Below, piece after piece: positions 15,980-22,136 of a stretch of DNA of 39,772 nt (within the stretch, counting starts at the first letter, position 1; each line of letters starts with the position of its first letter). The translations under genes were made by a program, and so were the position numbers. Source of the stretch: a virus. Under the pieces are notes generated by a model. That model did not search any database. It was not told where the DNA came from and saw only the letters and a program-made list of their open reading frames with translations. The stretch spans positions 1-39,772 of the IMG/VR virus record IMGVR_UViG_3300023443_000129. One strand, 5' to 3'.

Positions 15980-15989
15980 GTTATCCCCT

Positions 15990-16088
15990 TTATTTAACTA
16001 TTAACCACGCAACCATTAGAGCAATGTTAATTACCGCCATAGGTGCCATTAGCATTAGAATCACTTCAAGTTTCTTTTGGTGTTTCAT
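15990..16088 (-). CDS. Micro membrane peptide (32 aa)
   Basis: MKHQKKLEVILMLMAPMAVINIALMVAWLIVK preceded by GGGGGAGAC. Confidence 0.4.
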   Translation of the reverse strand: MKHQKKLEVILMLMAPMAVINIALMVAWLIVK

Positions 16089-16097
16089 GTCTCCCCC

Positions 16098-16190
16098 TTA
16101 TGAAGTTATAAACATTACAGCTATAAATAATGTTGTTACTAGTCCGATGCTCGCTAATCCCAGAATTATTACTTCAGCTATTAGTTTCAT
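16098..16190 (-). CDS. Micro membrane peptide (30 aa)
   Basis: MKLIAEVIILGLASIGLVTTLFIAVMFITS preceded by GGGGGGTG. Confidence 0.4.
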   Translation of the reverse strand: MKLIAEVIILGLASIGLVTTLFIAVMFITS

Positions 16191-16212
16191 CACCCCCCTA
16201 TATGCCCTAAAA

Positions 16213-16380
16213 TTAAATTTCATACTTTCCACTGCTTCTCTTTATGTCGCCTGCTTCTTCTTCATCCCACAAAATACCTGTTAATGCGTCTATTACTATG
16301 TTGCTATTCGCAGCACATAAAACACAAAGTATATTCACGGCACTCTTTACCACTGCGTATTCAATTGATGTTCTGTTCAT
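16213..16380 (-). CDS. Small hydrophobic protein (55 aa)
   Basis: MNRTSIEYAVVKSAVNILCVLCAANSNIVIDALTGILWDEEEAGDIKRSSGKYEI preceded by TAGGGGGAGTG. Confidence 0.45.
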   Translation of the reverse strand: MNRTSIEYAVVKSAVNILCVLCAANSNIVIDALTGILWDEEEAGDIKRSSGKYEI

Positions 16381-16388
16381 CACTCCCC

Positions 16389-16667
16389 CTATGTGTCCTT
16401 AAGTTCGCTTGCTGAATAGTGAATATCTGGTTCAGCGCTTATTTCAAATTTCTTGCCACCAACCTCTATCACAACTGATCCATCCATCAAATAATAATCG
16501 TGCCCGACATTAGATTGCTCGGCATACTCAAGTGCTGCATCCTCTGCCGTCATAGCTTGGACAGGCTTACACTCCTCTCCGTCCTCGTTTATAATTTCAA
16601 AGCTCTTGCAGTGGCAGACTTTAACCCTGTCTAGCCTGTAACCACCGCATTTATCGCATTCCCACAT
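16389..16667 (-). CDS. Zn-ribbon hypothetical protein
   Basis: 92 aa with CDKCGG...CHC. Confidence 0.6.
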   Translation of the reverse strand: MWECDKCGGYRLDRVKVCHCKSFEIINEDGEECKPVQAMTAEDAALEYAEQSNVGHDYYLMDGSVVIEVGGKKFEISAEPDIHYSASELKDT

Positions 16668-16680
16668 GTCATACCTACCC

Positions 16681-16932
16681 CTATGTGTCTTGTGTGTTAA
16701 GCATTAATAATAATTTCTCTACGGCTAGTTCAATCTTAGACTCTAGCTCTTTAATCCGTTTAGCCATGTTCCTGATGGTGTCGTAGTCTTCGTCAGCTTC
16801 TAGGCTTTCAGGCAGGTCTAGCTTATCCATCACGAAGCTTAAGCCTGCATTTATGTGTGTCTCACCATCAATAAATCCTTGGTCGTATCCTGCTCTGTAC
16901 GTCTGAACTTCTGCTATTTCTTTTGTGTCCAT
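16681..16932 (-). CDS. Hypothetical protein
   Basis: I prefer the ATG at 16932 because a GGAG lies 7 nt upstream. The ORF-track start is 16944. Confidence 0.55.
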   Translation of the reverse strand: MDTKEIAEVQTYRAGYDQGFIDGETHINAGLSFVMDKLDLPESLEADEDYDTIRNMAKRIKELESKIELAVEKLLLMLNTQDT

Positions 16933-17006
16933 TAGTTTCTCCATTAGGCCGCGTTTGGTTAGTCTGTCATGCTCCTCGTAAAAAGAGCGTTAATTCAGTG
17001 AAAGGT

Positions 17007-17255
17007 TTAGTCGTTTCTTGGATGTGGGTCGTCTTCATAACCACCTTCTTGATCGTAGCTAGGGTCGTTTTCTAACTCGCTCCCATCGAACGCACCGACA
17101 ATCCCAGATGGCCACCTGCATTGATATTTACAGCCCTGCTTGTCAATATACATTCCAATGACTTCTAAAAATGCATCGTGTTTGGTGCCTCTTTCTGACT
17201 TGTGCCGTGAGTACCATACAATCTCACCTAGCCCGAATTTAGTTTCTATCCTCAT
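17007..17255 (-). CDS. Hypothetical protein
   Basis: 82-aa ORF. Confidence 0.55.
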   Translation of the reverse strand: MRIETKFGLGEIVWYSRHKSERGTKHDAFLEVIGMYIDKQGCKYQCRWPSGIVGAFDGSELENDPSYDQEGGYEDDPHPRND

Positions 17256-17274
17256 CTCTATACCCTCTCAATTG

Positions 17275-17646
17275 TTAAATAAACCTACCTTCACCTAGAC
17301 CAACAAACCCTAATGCTTTGCCTGATGCCGCATGACAGCCGTTAAACATATTGGCCTGCCCTGCTGCTCCGTTAGCATCAAATGGGTTATAGGCGTTCTG
17401 AACTCCTGATGCTCTCTCCCTCATCTCTCTAAAGCTTGCCGCTCTAAGCCTCGATAGCTCTATCCACGTATAGCCTGTTTGGCATGGCGTATTATCAGGA
17501 ACTAGATAACCGTGAGCCTCTAAGAAGCTGTCAACGTCGATAGAGTCAGACACACAGTCATCACAAAGCTTATTAACTAGCTGATCAATCTTTGACATAC
17601 CGATCATTACTATCTTGTCTAGCTCTGTTCTGGTTGTACGTTTCAC
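17275..17646 (-). CDS. Hypothetical protein
   Basis: 123-aa ORF with a 4-nt overlap with the upstream gene. Confidence 0.6.
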   Translation of the reverse strand: MKRTTRTELDKIVMIGMSKIDQLVNKLCDDCVSDSIDVDSFLEAHGYLVPDNTPCQTGYTWIELSRLRAASFREMRERASGVQNAYNPFDANGAAGQANMFNGCHAASGKALGFVGLGEGRFI

Positions 17647-17843
17647 AATCTACCCCTCACAAACTGTTTCGGCTTAACTTTAGTGTTATCCCATACGTGA
17701 GACCTCGCTATAGGCCCTGCACTGGCTTTAACCTCACTTGCGGACATACTTGCCCATTCACAAGCAAAGCACGCTCCTGAGCCTGTGAGAGCGTCTGTAC
17801 CCTTTAGAATGTTGTTACATCCTGATTCTTTGCATCTATCCAT
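17643..17843 (-). CDS. Cys-rich hypothetical protein
   Basis: 66-aa ORF with C..GC...CFAC. Confidence 0.55.
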   Translation of the reverse strand: MDRCKESGCNNILKGTDALTGSGACFACEWASMSASEVKASAGPIARSHVWDNTKVKPKQFVRGRL

Positions 17844-17845
17844 GA

Positions 17846-18016
17846 TTACTCTCCTTGTTTAGATTCTATGCAGTGAGGACAGCCAACCATGAACCCGTGA
17901 GGGCAAGTAGCAGCATCCTCTGCCCTGCACATCTCTTCGATACACTCTTGCTCTCTGCATCTGTGCCAACGCTTACCATGAGGGAATATTGATTTATCCT
18001 GCTTGTCGTCACTCAC
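17846..18016 (-). CDS. Cys-rich small protein (56 aa, GTG start)
   Basis: GTG at 18016 lies 6 nt after AAGGAGAGAG. Sequence SDDKQDKSIFPHGKRWHRCREQECIEEMCRAEDAATCPHGFMVGCPHCIESKQGE. The stop is 2 nt before the next ATG. Confidence 0.45.
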   Translation of the reverse strand: MSDDKQDKSIFPHGKRWHRCREQECIEEMCRAEDAATCPHGFMVGCPHCIESKQGE

Positions 18017-18039
18017 TTACTCTCTCCTTTGTTAATGGG

Positions 18040-18139
18040 TGGAATGAGCGGGTCGTGACTCCCGCTGGCCTACACTCTACTGCGCAGAGGCCCCCTATCT
18101 AGCAATCCCAGTGGACGCCCACCTTCCTGCTACCATTCC
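18040..18139 (-). ncRNA. tRNA-like clamp module 1 (non-cloverleaf interior)
   Basis: On the minus strand, 5' GGAATGG pairs with 3' TCATTCC followed by an unpaired A. The hairpin GCGGG-AGTCACGA-CCCGC sits in the T-arm position. The interior does not fold as D or anticodon arms. Confidence 0.25.
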
Positions 18140-18165
18140 ATTGTTCTTTAATTTGCTTATGAAGG

Positions 18166-18287
18166 GGCTATACCGGGCAGGATTCGAACCTGCTACACAA
18201 GGGTTTATTAGGATTGAGCGTCCATAGTCCCTCTGCTCTACCGGAATGAGCTACCGGCGGTAAGTTTCTCAGGCTCACCATATAGCC
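18166..18287 (-). tRNA. tRNA-derived element with non-canonical insertions (pseudo-tRNA or tRNA-like ncRNA; no anticodon assignable)
   Basis: Canonical elements: D-arm TAGCTCATTCCGGTAGAGC (18235-18253), anticodon-type stem GAGGG/CCCTT, variable loop GTGTA, and T-arm GCAGG-TTCGAAT-CCTGC (18177-18193). Non-canonical: the anticodon loop is 25 nt, and the acceptor 5' strand is split by a 23-nt hairpin insert. Confidence 0.35.
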
Positions 18288-18460
18288 ACCACATAAACAA
18301 ACTATTGGAGTCGGGTATCTCACTCAAGAGACTTTCAGCTAACCGAGGAGCTACCTCAATCTCTACGTTTCAGGTATCAGCCAGGGTACGCGCACCACCA
18401 AACATATAAAGGTGATTTCCCGTCACCACTCGTACCTGTCTCACGCTACAGGGATGCAGA

Positions 18461-18625
18461 TTAAAATCCTGCCATCTCTCTTTGAAACCTTATAGCCTCT
18501 TCTGTCGCTTCAATTTGAGCGTTTACAGCCTTCATCAATCTGTACCACCTGATAAGACCTATAACCCCGTGAATGACCATCGAAGCGCCAACTATGATGC
18601 ATGTAATCGAAACTATGGTATTCAT
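18461..18625 (-). CDS. Small membrane protein (54 aa)
   Basis: MNTIVSITCIIVGASMVIHGVIGLIRWYRLMKAV... The ATG is 3 nt after the upstream stop and preceded by AAGGGG. Confidence 0.5.
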   Translation of the reverse strand: MNTIVSITCIIVGASMVIHGVIGLIRWYRLMKAVNAQIEATEEAIRFQREMAGF

Positions 18626-18628
18626 AAC

Positions 18629-18883
18629 CTACCCCTTGAATCCAAATGTACCTTTAAACCCGAATACCGCGCCGCATGTATAAGCGTAACTAATGGCATC
18701 TGTCTGCTTATCTACATATACCTGTACATCGCGCCTAGTACCCTCGCCAGCCTCTTTCATAGCTTTGCAGATGTTCTGCTTAGTCGTGTTACAACAGGTA
18801 GCTATGTCCTCCTGAGTACGTCCACTGTCATTATAATATTGCGTTAGAGTAGTTATATACTCGCTCTTTTTGATCTCTCTCAC
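18629..18883 (-). CDS. Cro-like HTH regulator, first gene of the leftward operon
   Basis: GTG at 18883 lies 6 nt after AAGGAG (the ORF-track TTG at 18910 has no SD). The HTH-like stretch is RTQEDIATCCNTTKQNICKAMK. Confidence 0.45.
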   Translation of the reverse strand: MREIKKSEYITTLTQYYNDSGRTQEDIATCCNTTKQNICKAMKEAGEGTRRDVQVYVDKQTDAISYAYTCGAVFGFKGTFGFKG

Positions 18884-18909
18884 ATGCTTCTCCTTAGTCG
18901 ATATAAACA

Positions 18910-18938
18910 AGCCTACGTTAATACTCTGTTTACGTCAA
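18910..18938 (-). promoter_or_regulatory. Candidate leftward promoter TTGACG-17 nt-TAGGCT
   Basis: On the minus strand the -35 is at 18938-18933 and the -10 at 18915-18910. It uses the same -35 hexamer as the rightward promoter. Confidence 0.35.
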
Positions 18939-18971
18939 CACATATAATTACTTCATTGATGGTTATATCTA

Positions 18972-19000
18972 TTGACGGTAATAAGTTATTACCTTACTAT
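18972..19000 (+). promoter_or_regulatory. Rightward early promoter TTGACG-17 nt-TACTAT
   Basis: -35 at 18972-18977 and -10 at 18995-19000, 36 nt upstream of the first plus-strand ATG. Confidence 0.55.
18977..18993. promoter_or_regulatory. Perfect 17-bp palindrome GGTAATAA-G-TTATTACC (candidate operator)
   Basis: It fills the spacer of the rightward promoter. A related palindrome lies at 22631-22647. Confidence 0.45.
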
Positions 19001-19035
19001 TACTACATCAACTCAACAACACCAAGGGGAACGAT

Positions 19036-19275
19036 ATGTTTGATGGAATATTTACAGTAACTAAAGGCTCAACAACTTTTGATCAATCATGCGGAATATC
19101 TTATGTGATGGACTGGGATATAGGCGAGGGTAAGGCGTATTTACCTAGGAGCTACGATTGGGGTCAATCATTCATAACGCCACTAGGGGAAAAGTTGAAG
19201 CGAGATGCCCAATTGAGACACGAGGCTTATTTGGAAACAATGAAAAACGTGGCATACGTTAGCGAAAGAAGCTAG
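19036..19275 (+). CDS. Hypothetical protein, first rightward gene
   Basis: 79 aa, preceded by AAGGGGAACGAT. Confidence 0.65.
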   Translation: MFDGIFTVTKGSTTFDQSCGISYVMDWDIGEGKAYLPRSYDWGQSFITPLGEKLKRDAQLRHEAYLETMKNVAYVSERS

Positions 19276-19284
19276 GCAACAAAC

Positions 19285-19302
19285 AGCCCTTTAATTAGGG
19301 CT
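19285..19302 (+). terminator. Hairpin AGCCCT-TTAATT-AGGGCT followed by TTCTAGG (conserved element, copy 2)
   Basis: 6-bp stem located 10 nt after the stop of the first gene. It aligns with 11855-11874 read in transcript sense. Confidence 0.4.
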
Positions 19303-19332
19303 TTCTAGGTATAACCAACAAGGGGAATAACA

Positions 19333-19590
19333 ATGATAGAAATACCTGAAGGATGGAACGTAGATCGTGATGTTAAGCCTATACCAGATAGACGGTTTGA
19401 TTTTAACTACTGGCATGAAGATCATGATGGTTCAGACGGTGGTGATGGTTTAGCGGGTACGGCTTCTAGTGTAGAGGATGCTGTAGAGCAGATTAAAGAG
19501 ATTGAGAAAGACCTTAGAGATCAGCTCGAACAGGCTACAGGCTGCTCTATGGATGGATTGGATAAGCTTAGTATTAGGGGTGATTCATGA
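19333..19590 (+). CDS. Highly acidic small protein
   Basis: 85 aa, roughly 30 percent Asp/Glu, preceded by AAGGGGAATAACA. Confidence 0.65.
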   Translation: MIEIPEGWNVDRDVKPIPDRRFDFNYWHEDHDGSDGGDGLAGTASSVEDAVEQIKEIEKDLRDQLEQATGCSMDGLDKLSIRGDS

Positions 19591-19805
19591 AGGCTAAAGA
19601 CACAAAGCAAGAAATTATAGGCAAGGCGCTCGAAGGAATGCCGCCATCAAACGCAGAACTAAGAACAACACGACTAACTCGCCGTGAGATGTTCGCTATG
19701 GCTGCTATGCAGGGGATACTTGCTAACAGGTGGCATACCCCTGATAACCTAGCCCAACACGCTGTAGATAGAGCAGACGCACTACTTAAGGAGTTAGATA
19801 AGTGA
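19587..19805 (+). CDS. Hypothetical protein
   Basis: 72 aa with an ATGA overlap with the upstream gene. Confidence 0.6.
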   Translation: MKAKDTKQEIIGKALEGMPPSNAELRTTRLTRREMFAMAAMQGILANRWHTPDNLAQHAVDRADALLKELDK

Positions 19806-20017
19806 ACATATACACGCTAGTACTCGACACTGTGAATATGAGCCTTTAGTAGAGACCTATGCTGATGGTGAGGAGTCGGTTAGAGCAGCAACGAGATATG
19901 CCAGACAGTATCCTATGTGGGAGGTGTTCCCAGTCCCTCACATGTACTTTCAAGCGCTCTTGGATGATAAGGGTTCTAGGGTTTACATTAAAGAGACTGA
20001 GCTTATAGGGGGAGATC

Positions 20018-20398
20018 ATGAGGGAAATTAAGTTTAGAGCTTGGTGTGATATGGATGATGGAGTCATGTTGCAGCCTGGCGATAATTACGGAACCAAAAC
20101 AGACTTAGATTGTGTTCAGTACCTTAACCAAGGCCAGAATATTATTCTAATGCAGTTTACAGGGCTTACAGATAAGAACGGTGTAGATATCTATGAGGGG
20201 GATATTGTAGAGAATAAGCTAGGGAGAGTATGTAAGATTTTTTGGTTCCAGGCTTCGGGTTGTTGGGATTCAGCATATTTGTACGATAAGGATGTTTTTG
20301 ACGATGCCTTTAGAGGATACCACGTTAATCAATGGGAACACTGCATTGAAGTGATCGGCAACATATACCAGAACGAAGAGTTATTAACGTTAACGTAG
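20018..20398 (+). CDS. yopX: YopX-family protein
   Basis: MREIKFRAW...MQFTGLTDKNGVDIYEGDIV...EVIGNIYQNEELL are the hallmark YopX motifs. Confidence 0.8.
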   Translation: MREIKFRAWCDMDDGVMLQPGDNYGTKTDLDCVQYLNQGQNIILMQFTGLTDKNGVDIYEGDIVENKLGRVCKIFWFQASGCWDSAYLYDKDVFDDAFRGYHVNQWEHCIEVIGNIYQNEELLTLT

Positions 20399-20425
20399 GG
20401 TATGCCCTACTATGGAGATTTAATT

Positions 20426-20602
20426 ATGAGTGAGTTAAAGAAAGACTTAATAAAGCTTGTATATGGTACGGCTAGGATAGCCAAAGGTGAGGAGCATGTG
20501 ATTACAGAAGATCACTCTATTAACGATGTTTTAAGGTGGGTTGTAGAGCAGCTTCAAGGGGATAAATCAGAGGTAGAATTTCTACTAAAAAACATGGATT
20601 AA
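20426..20602 (+). CDS. Hypothetical protein
   Basis: I prefer the ATG at 20426 because a GGAG lies 9 nt upstream. The ORF-track start is 20402. Confidence 0.5.
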   Translation: MSELKKDLIKLVYGTARIAKGEEHVITEDHSINDVLRWVVEQLQGDKSEVEFLLKNMD

Positions 20603-20630
20603 AAGTTTAATCAACCAAAGGAGAGAGAGT

Positions 20631-20786
20631 ATGAAAACAGTACTAGCAATGAGCTTTATGATCGCATTTTATACAGGTGAGCGGTTAAGTGGTATGAATA
20701 AGATATGCTTCTATGATGGCTTAGGAAGTACTTATACGATCAATGTGGCGAGTTATGCGCTATGTCCGTTAAGTATTAATATTTAG
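20631..20786 (+). CDS. Small protein with a hydrophobic N-terminus (51 aa)
   Basis: AAAGGAGAGAGAGT then ATG. Sequence MKTVLAMSFMIAFYTGERLSGMNKICFYDGLGSTYTINVASYALCPLSINI. Confidence 0.5.
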   Translation: MKTVLAMSFMIAFYTGERLSGMNKICFYDGLGSTYTINVASYALCPLSINI

Positions 20787-20976
20787 TCTTTACATAACAG
20801 CTAGATATCTATACTTTTACAAGGCAATAAAAAACCCAGATCATTGAGCGGCAAACTCTACTGGGCTTTAAACGTTATTCAAGTGGTGAATATAATCTAT
20901 TTCGCCATTCATATCAAGAATACACCTTAAAGCCCCTTGCTCGCCTTTGATCATAAATCAATTAATGGTGAGCTAT

Positions 20977-21276
20977 ATGAACAAATACATCAAAAAACCA
21001 ATCCCTATAGAAGCTGTTCAGCTAACAACCAAAAACGTTTGGGAGGTCTACGCGTTCATCAATGGCGCTCCTAAGCTCGATTGTCGCATGGCTGAGGATA
21101 GATGGGGTGAGTACGTAAACATCGTTAGAAACGAAGGTATGAAGCTTAAGACGCTAGAAAGTGATGGGCAGACTCAAACGGCTGATATTGGCGATTGGAT
21201 ACTAAAAGGTATTCAGGGTGAATTTTACCCATGTAAGCCTGACATCTTCAAAGAGACATACGATCTAATTAAGTAA
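20977..21276 (+). CDS. Conserved phage hypothetical protein
   Basis: ATG at 20977 follows GGTGAG. MNKYIKKPIPIEAVQ...GDWILKGIQGEFYPCKPDIFKETY is a pattern seen in many phages with unknown function. Confidence 0.6.
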   Translation: MNKYIKKPIPIEAVQLTTKNVWEVYAFINGAPKLDCRMAEDRWGEYVNIVRNEGMKLKTLESDGQTQTADIGDWILKGIQGEFYPCKPDIFKETYDLIK

Positions 21277-21669
21277 TCGCTACAGTCGATGTTAGCGGTC
21301 ACGACTTTAAACCTAATCGCCTAGTTTGCCTTTTACCCACCCGAGGCATGGATACTAGAAACGGCACAGGGGGTTATTGATAGGCCGTACACGCGGCAAT
21401 GTCTAATAAGTTCATAGTTAGTATATTGGTTAAAACCTTGCTAGCAGCGAACAAATCAGGCGTAAGGAGCGTGTGATAAGGGAGTCATGGTATCGACTCT
21501 AAAACAAGTCCTTAAGCGGTTAATACCATAGTACCGCCAACGTAAGCTCTACAGACCTCTAGCTTCTTCGTAGGTTGTTCAGTTTATGAGCCTTAAATAT
21601 TCTTTAATTAGAGTGTTTAGGGTTCTTTATGCCCGAAGATACGACATAACTTTTCGTAGGTGTTAAAAG
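21277..21669 (+). other. 393-nt ORF-free segment (candidate ncRNA or regulatory/origin region)
   Basis: No ORF over 26 codons on either strand. Contains a candidate H-type pseudoknot at 21487-21537, a 13-mer shared with the iteron region, and a TTCGTAGGT direct repeat. Confidence 0.4.
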
Positions 21670-21915
21670 ATGATCATTACTAAAGATTGGATTATGAGTA
21701 ACAGAACTAAGAAAGGAGCTTGGACTAGATCACAGATACAAGCACTAGGTATTGACTGGCCGCCAGCTAAGGGTTGGATAGGCAGGGTAGTAGGCAGTGA
21801 GATAACTAGAGGTAATCGGTATCAGTTTGAATCTAAGTGGACTGCTAAAGACATTAAGAAAATGGAGAAGGTATGTACAAAGAAACATGGGAGTTTGAAG
21901 ACGGACGAATGCTGA
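21670..21915 (+). CDS. Hypothetical protein
   Basis: 81 aa with AGGTG 8 nt upstream. Confidence 0.55.
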   Translation: MIITKDWIMSNRTKKGAWTRSQIQALGIDWPPAKGWIGRVVGSEITRGNRYQFESKWTAKDIKKMEKVCTKKHGSLKTDEC

Positions 21916-22136
21916 ATATTGTTTTCAGAGAGGGCCATCTTGAAGAGAATGTAACTAGAGATATTAAGCCTTATTTCAATAATATTGTAGAGGAGTGGAT
22001 ATTCCCAATTCCTCACACAAACGGTCTACCTGTAACGGCTGATAGTCCTGATGATGTAATTATATATAAAGCACTTAATTCAAATAAAGGAGAAAGAGAT
22101 GAGTGGAACACTAGAATGGCGACCAACAATGAATGA
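21873..22136 (+). CDS. Hypothetical protein
   Basis: 87 aa with GGAGAAGG upstream. Overlaps the previous ORF by 43 nt. Confidence 0.5.
   Translation: MYKETWEFEDGRMLNIVFREGHLEENVTRDIKPYFNNIVEEWIFPIPHTNGLPVTADSPDDVIIYKALNSNKGERDEWNTRMATNNE

Larger units (their letters stand above)
18017..18460 (-). ncRNA. ORF-free, highly structured segment of the leftward early operon (candidate large or multi-module ncRNA)
   Basis: No plausible ORF on either strand, yet there are many perfect helices, including long-range CAGGTACG/CGTACC(C)TG and two tRNA-like modules. Confidence 0.45.

Noticed and set aside
16024-16284. 86-aa plus-strand ORF
   Set aside because: The minus strand here carries three SD-preceded micro-ORFs in operon orientation. 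The plus-strand frame has no SD.
18365-18385. Hammerhead-like string CTGATACCTGAAAC (minus strand)
   Set aside because: The core should be CUGAUGA, then stem II, then GAAA. There is no stem II here and the core is mutated.
18300-18400. Possible third tRNA (GGTAGCTCCTCGGTTAGCTGA looks like a D-arm)
   Set aside because: It has no T-arm. The putative anticodon hairpin has a 6- or 8-nt loop, and the acceptor pairing ATTGAGG/CTCCAAT has a mismatch. I kept it only as part of the structured region.
18482-18847. 121-aa plus-strand ORF
   Set aside because: It is antisense to the Cro-like gene and the 54-aa membrane ORF, with no SD.
19846-20067. 73-aa minus-strand ORF
   Set aside because: It is antisense in the rightward operon and overlaps the YopX start. 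The plus-strand frame 1 over the same DNA looks more protein-like.
20835-20865. Hairpin CCCAG-21 nt-CTGGG flanked by A6/T-runs between 20786 and 20977
   Set aside because: It has only a 5-bp stem with a 21-nt loop. The T-run follows it only on the non-coding minus strand. That is too weak to call a terminator or an antisense RNA.
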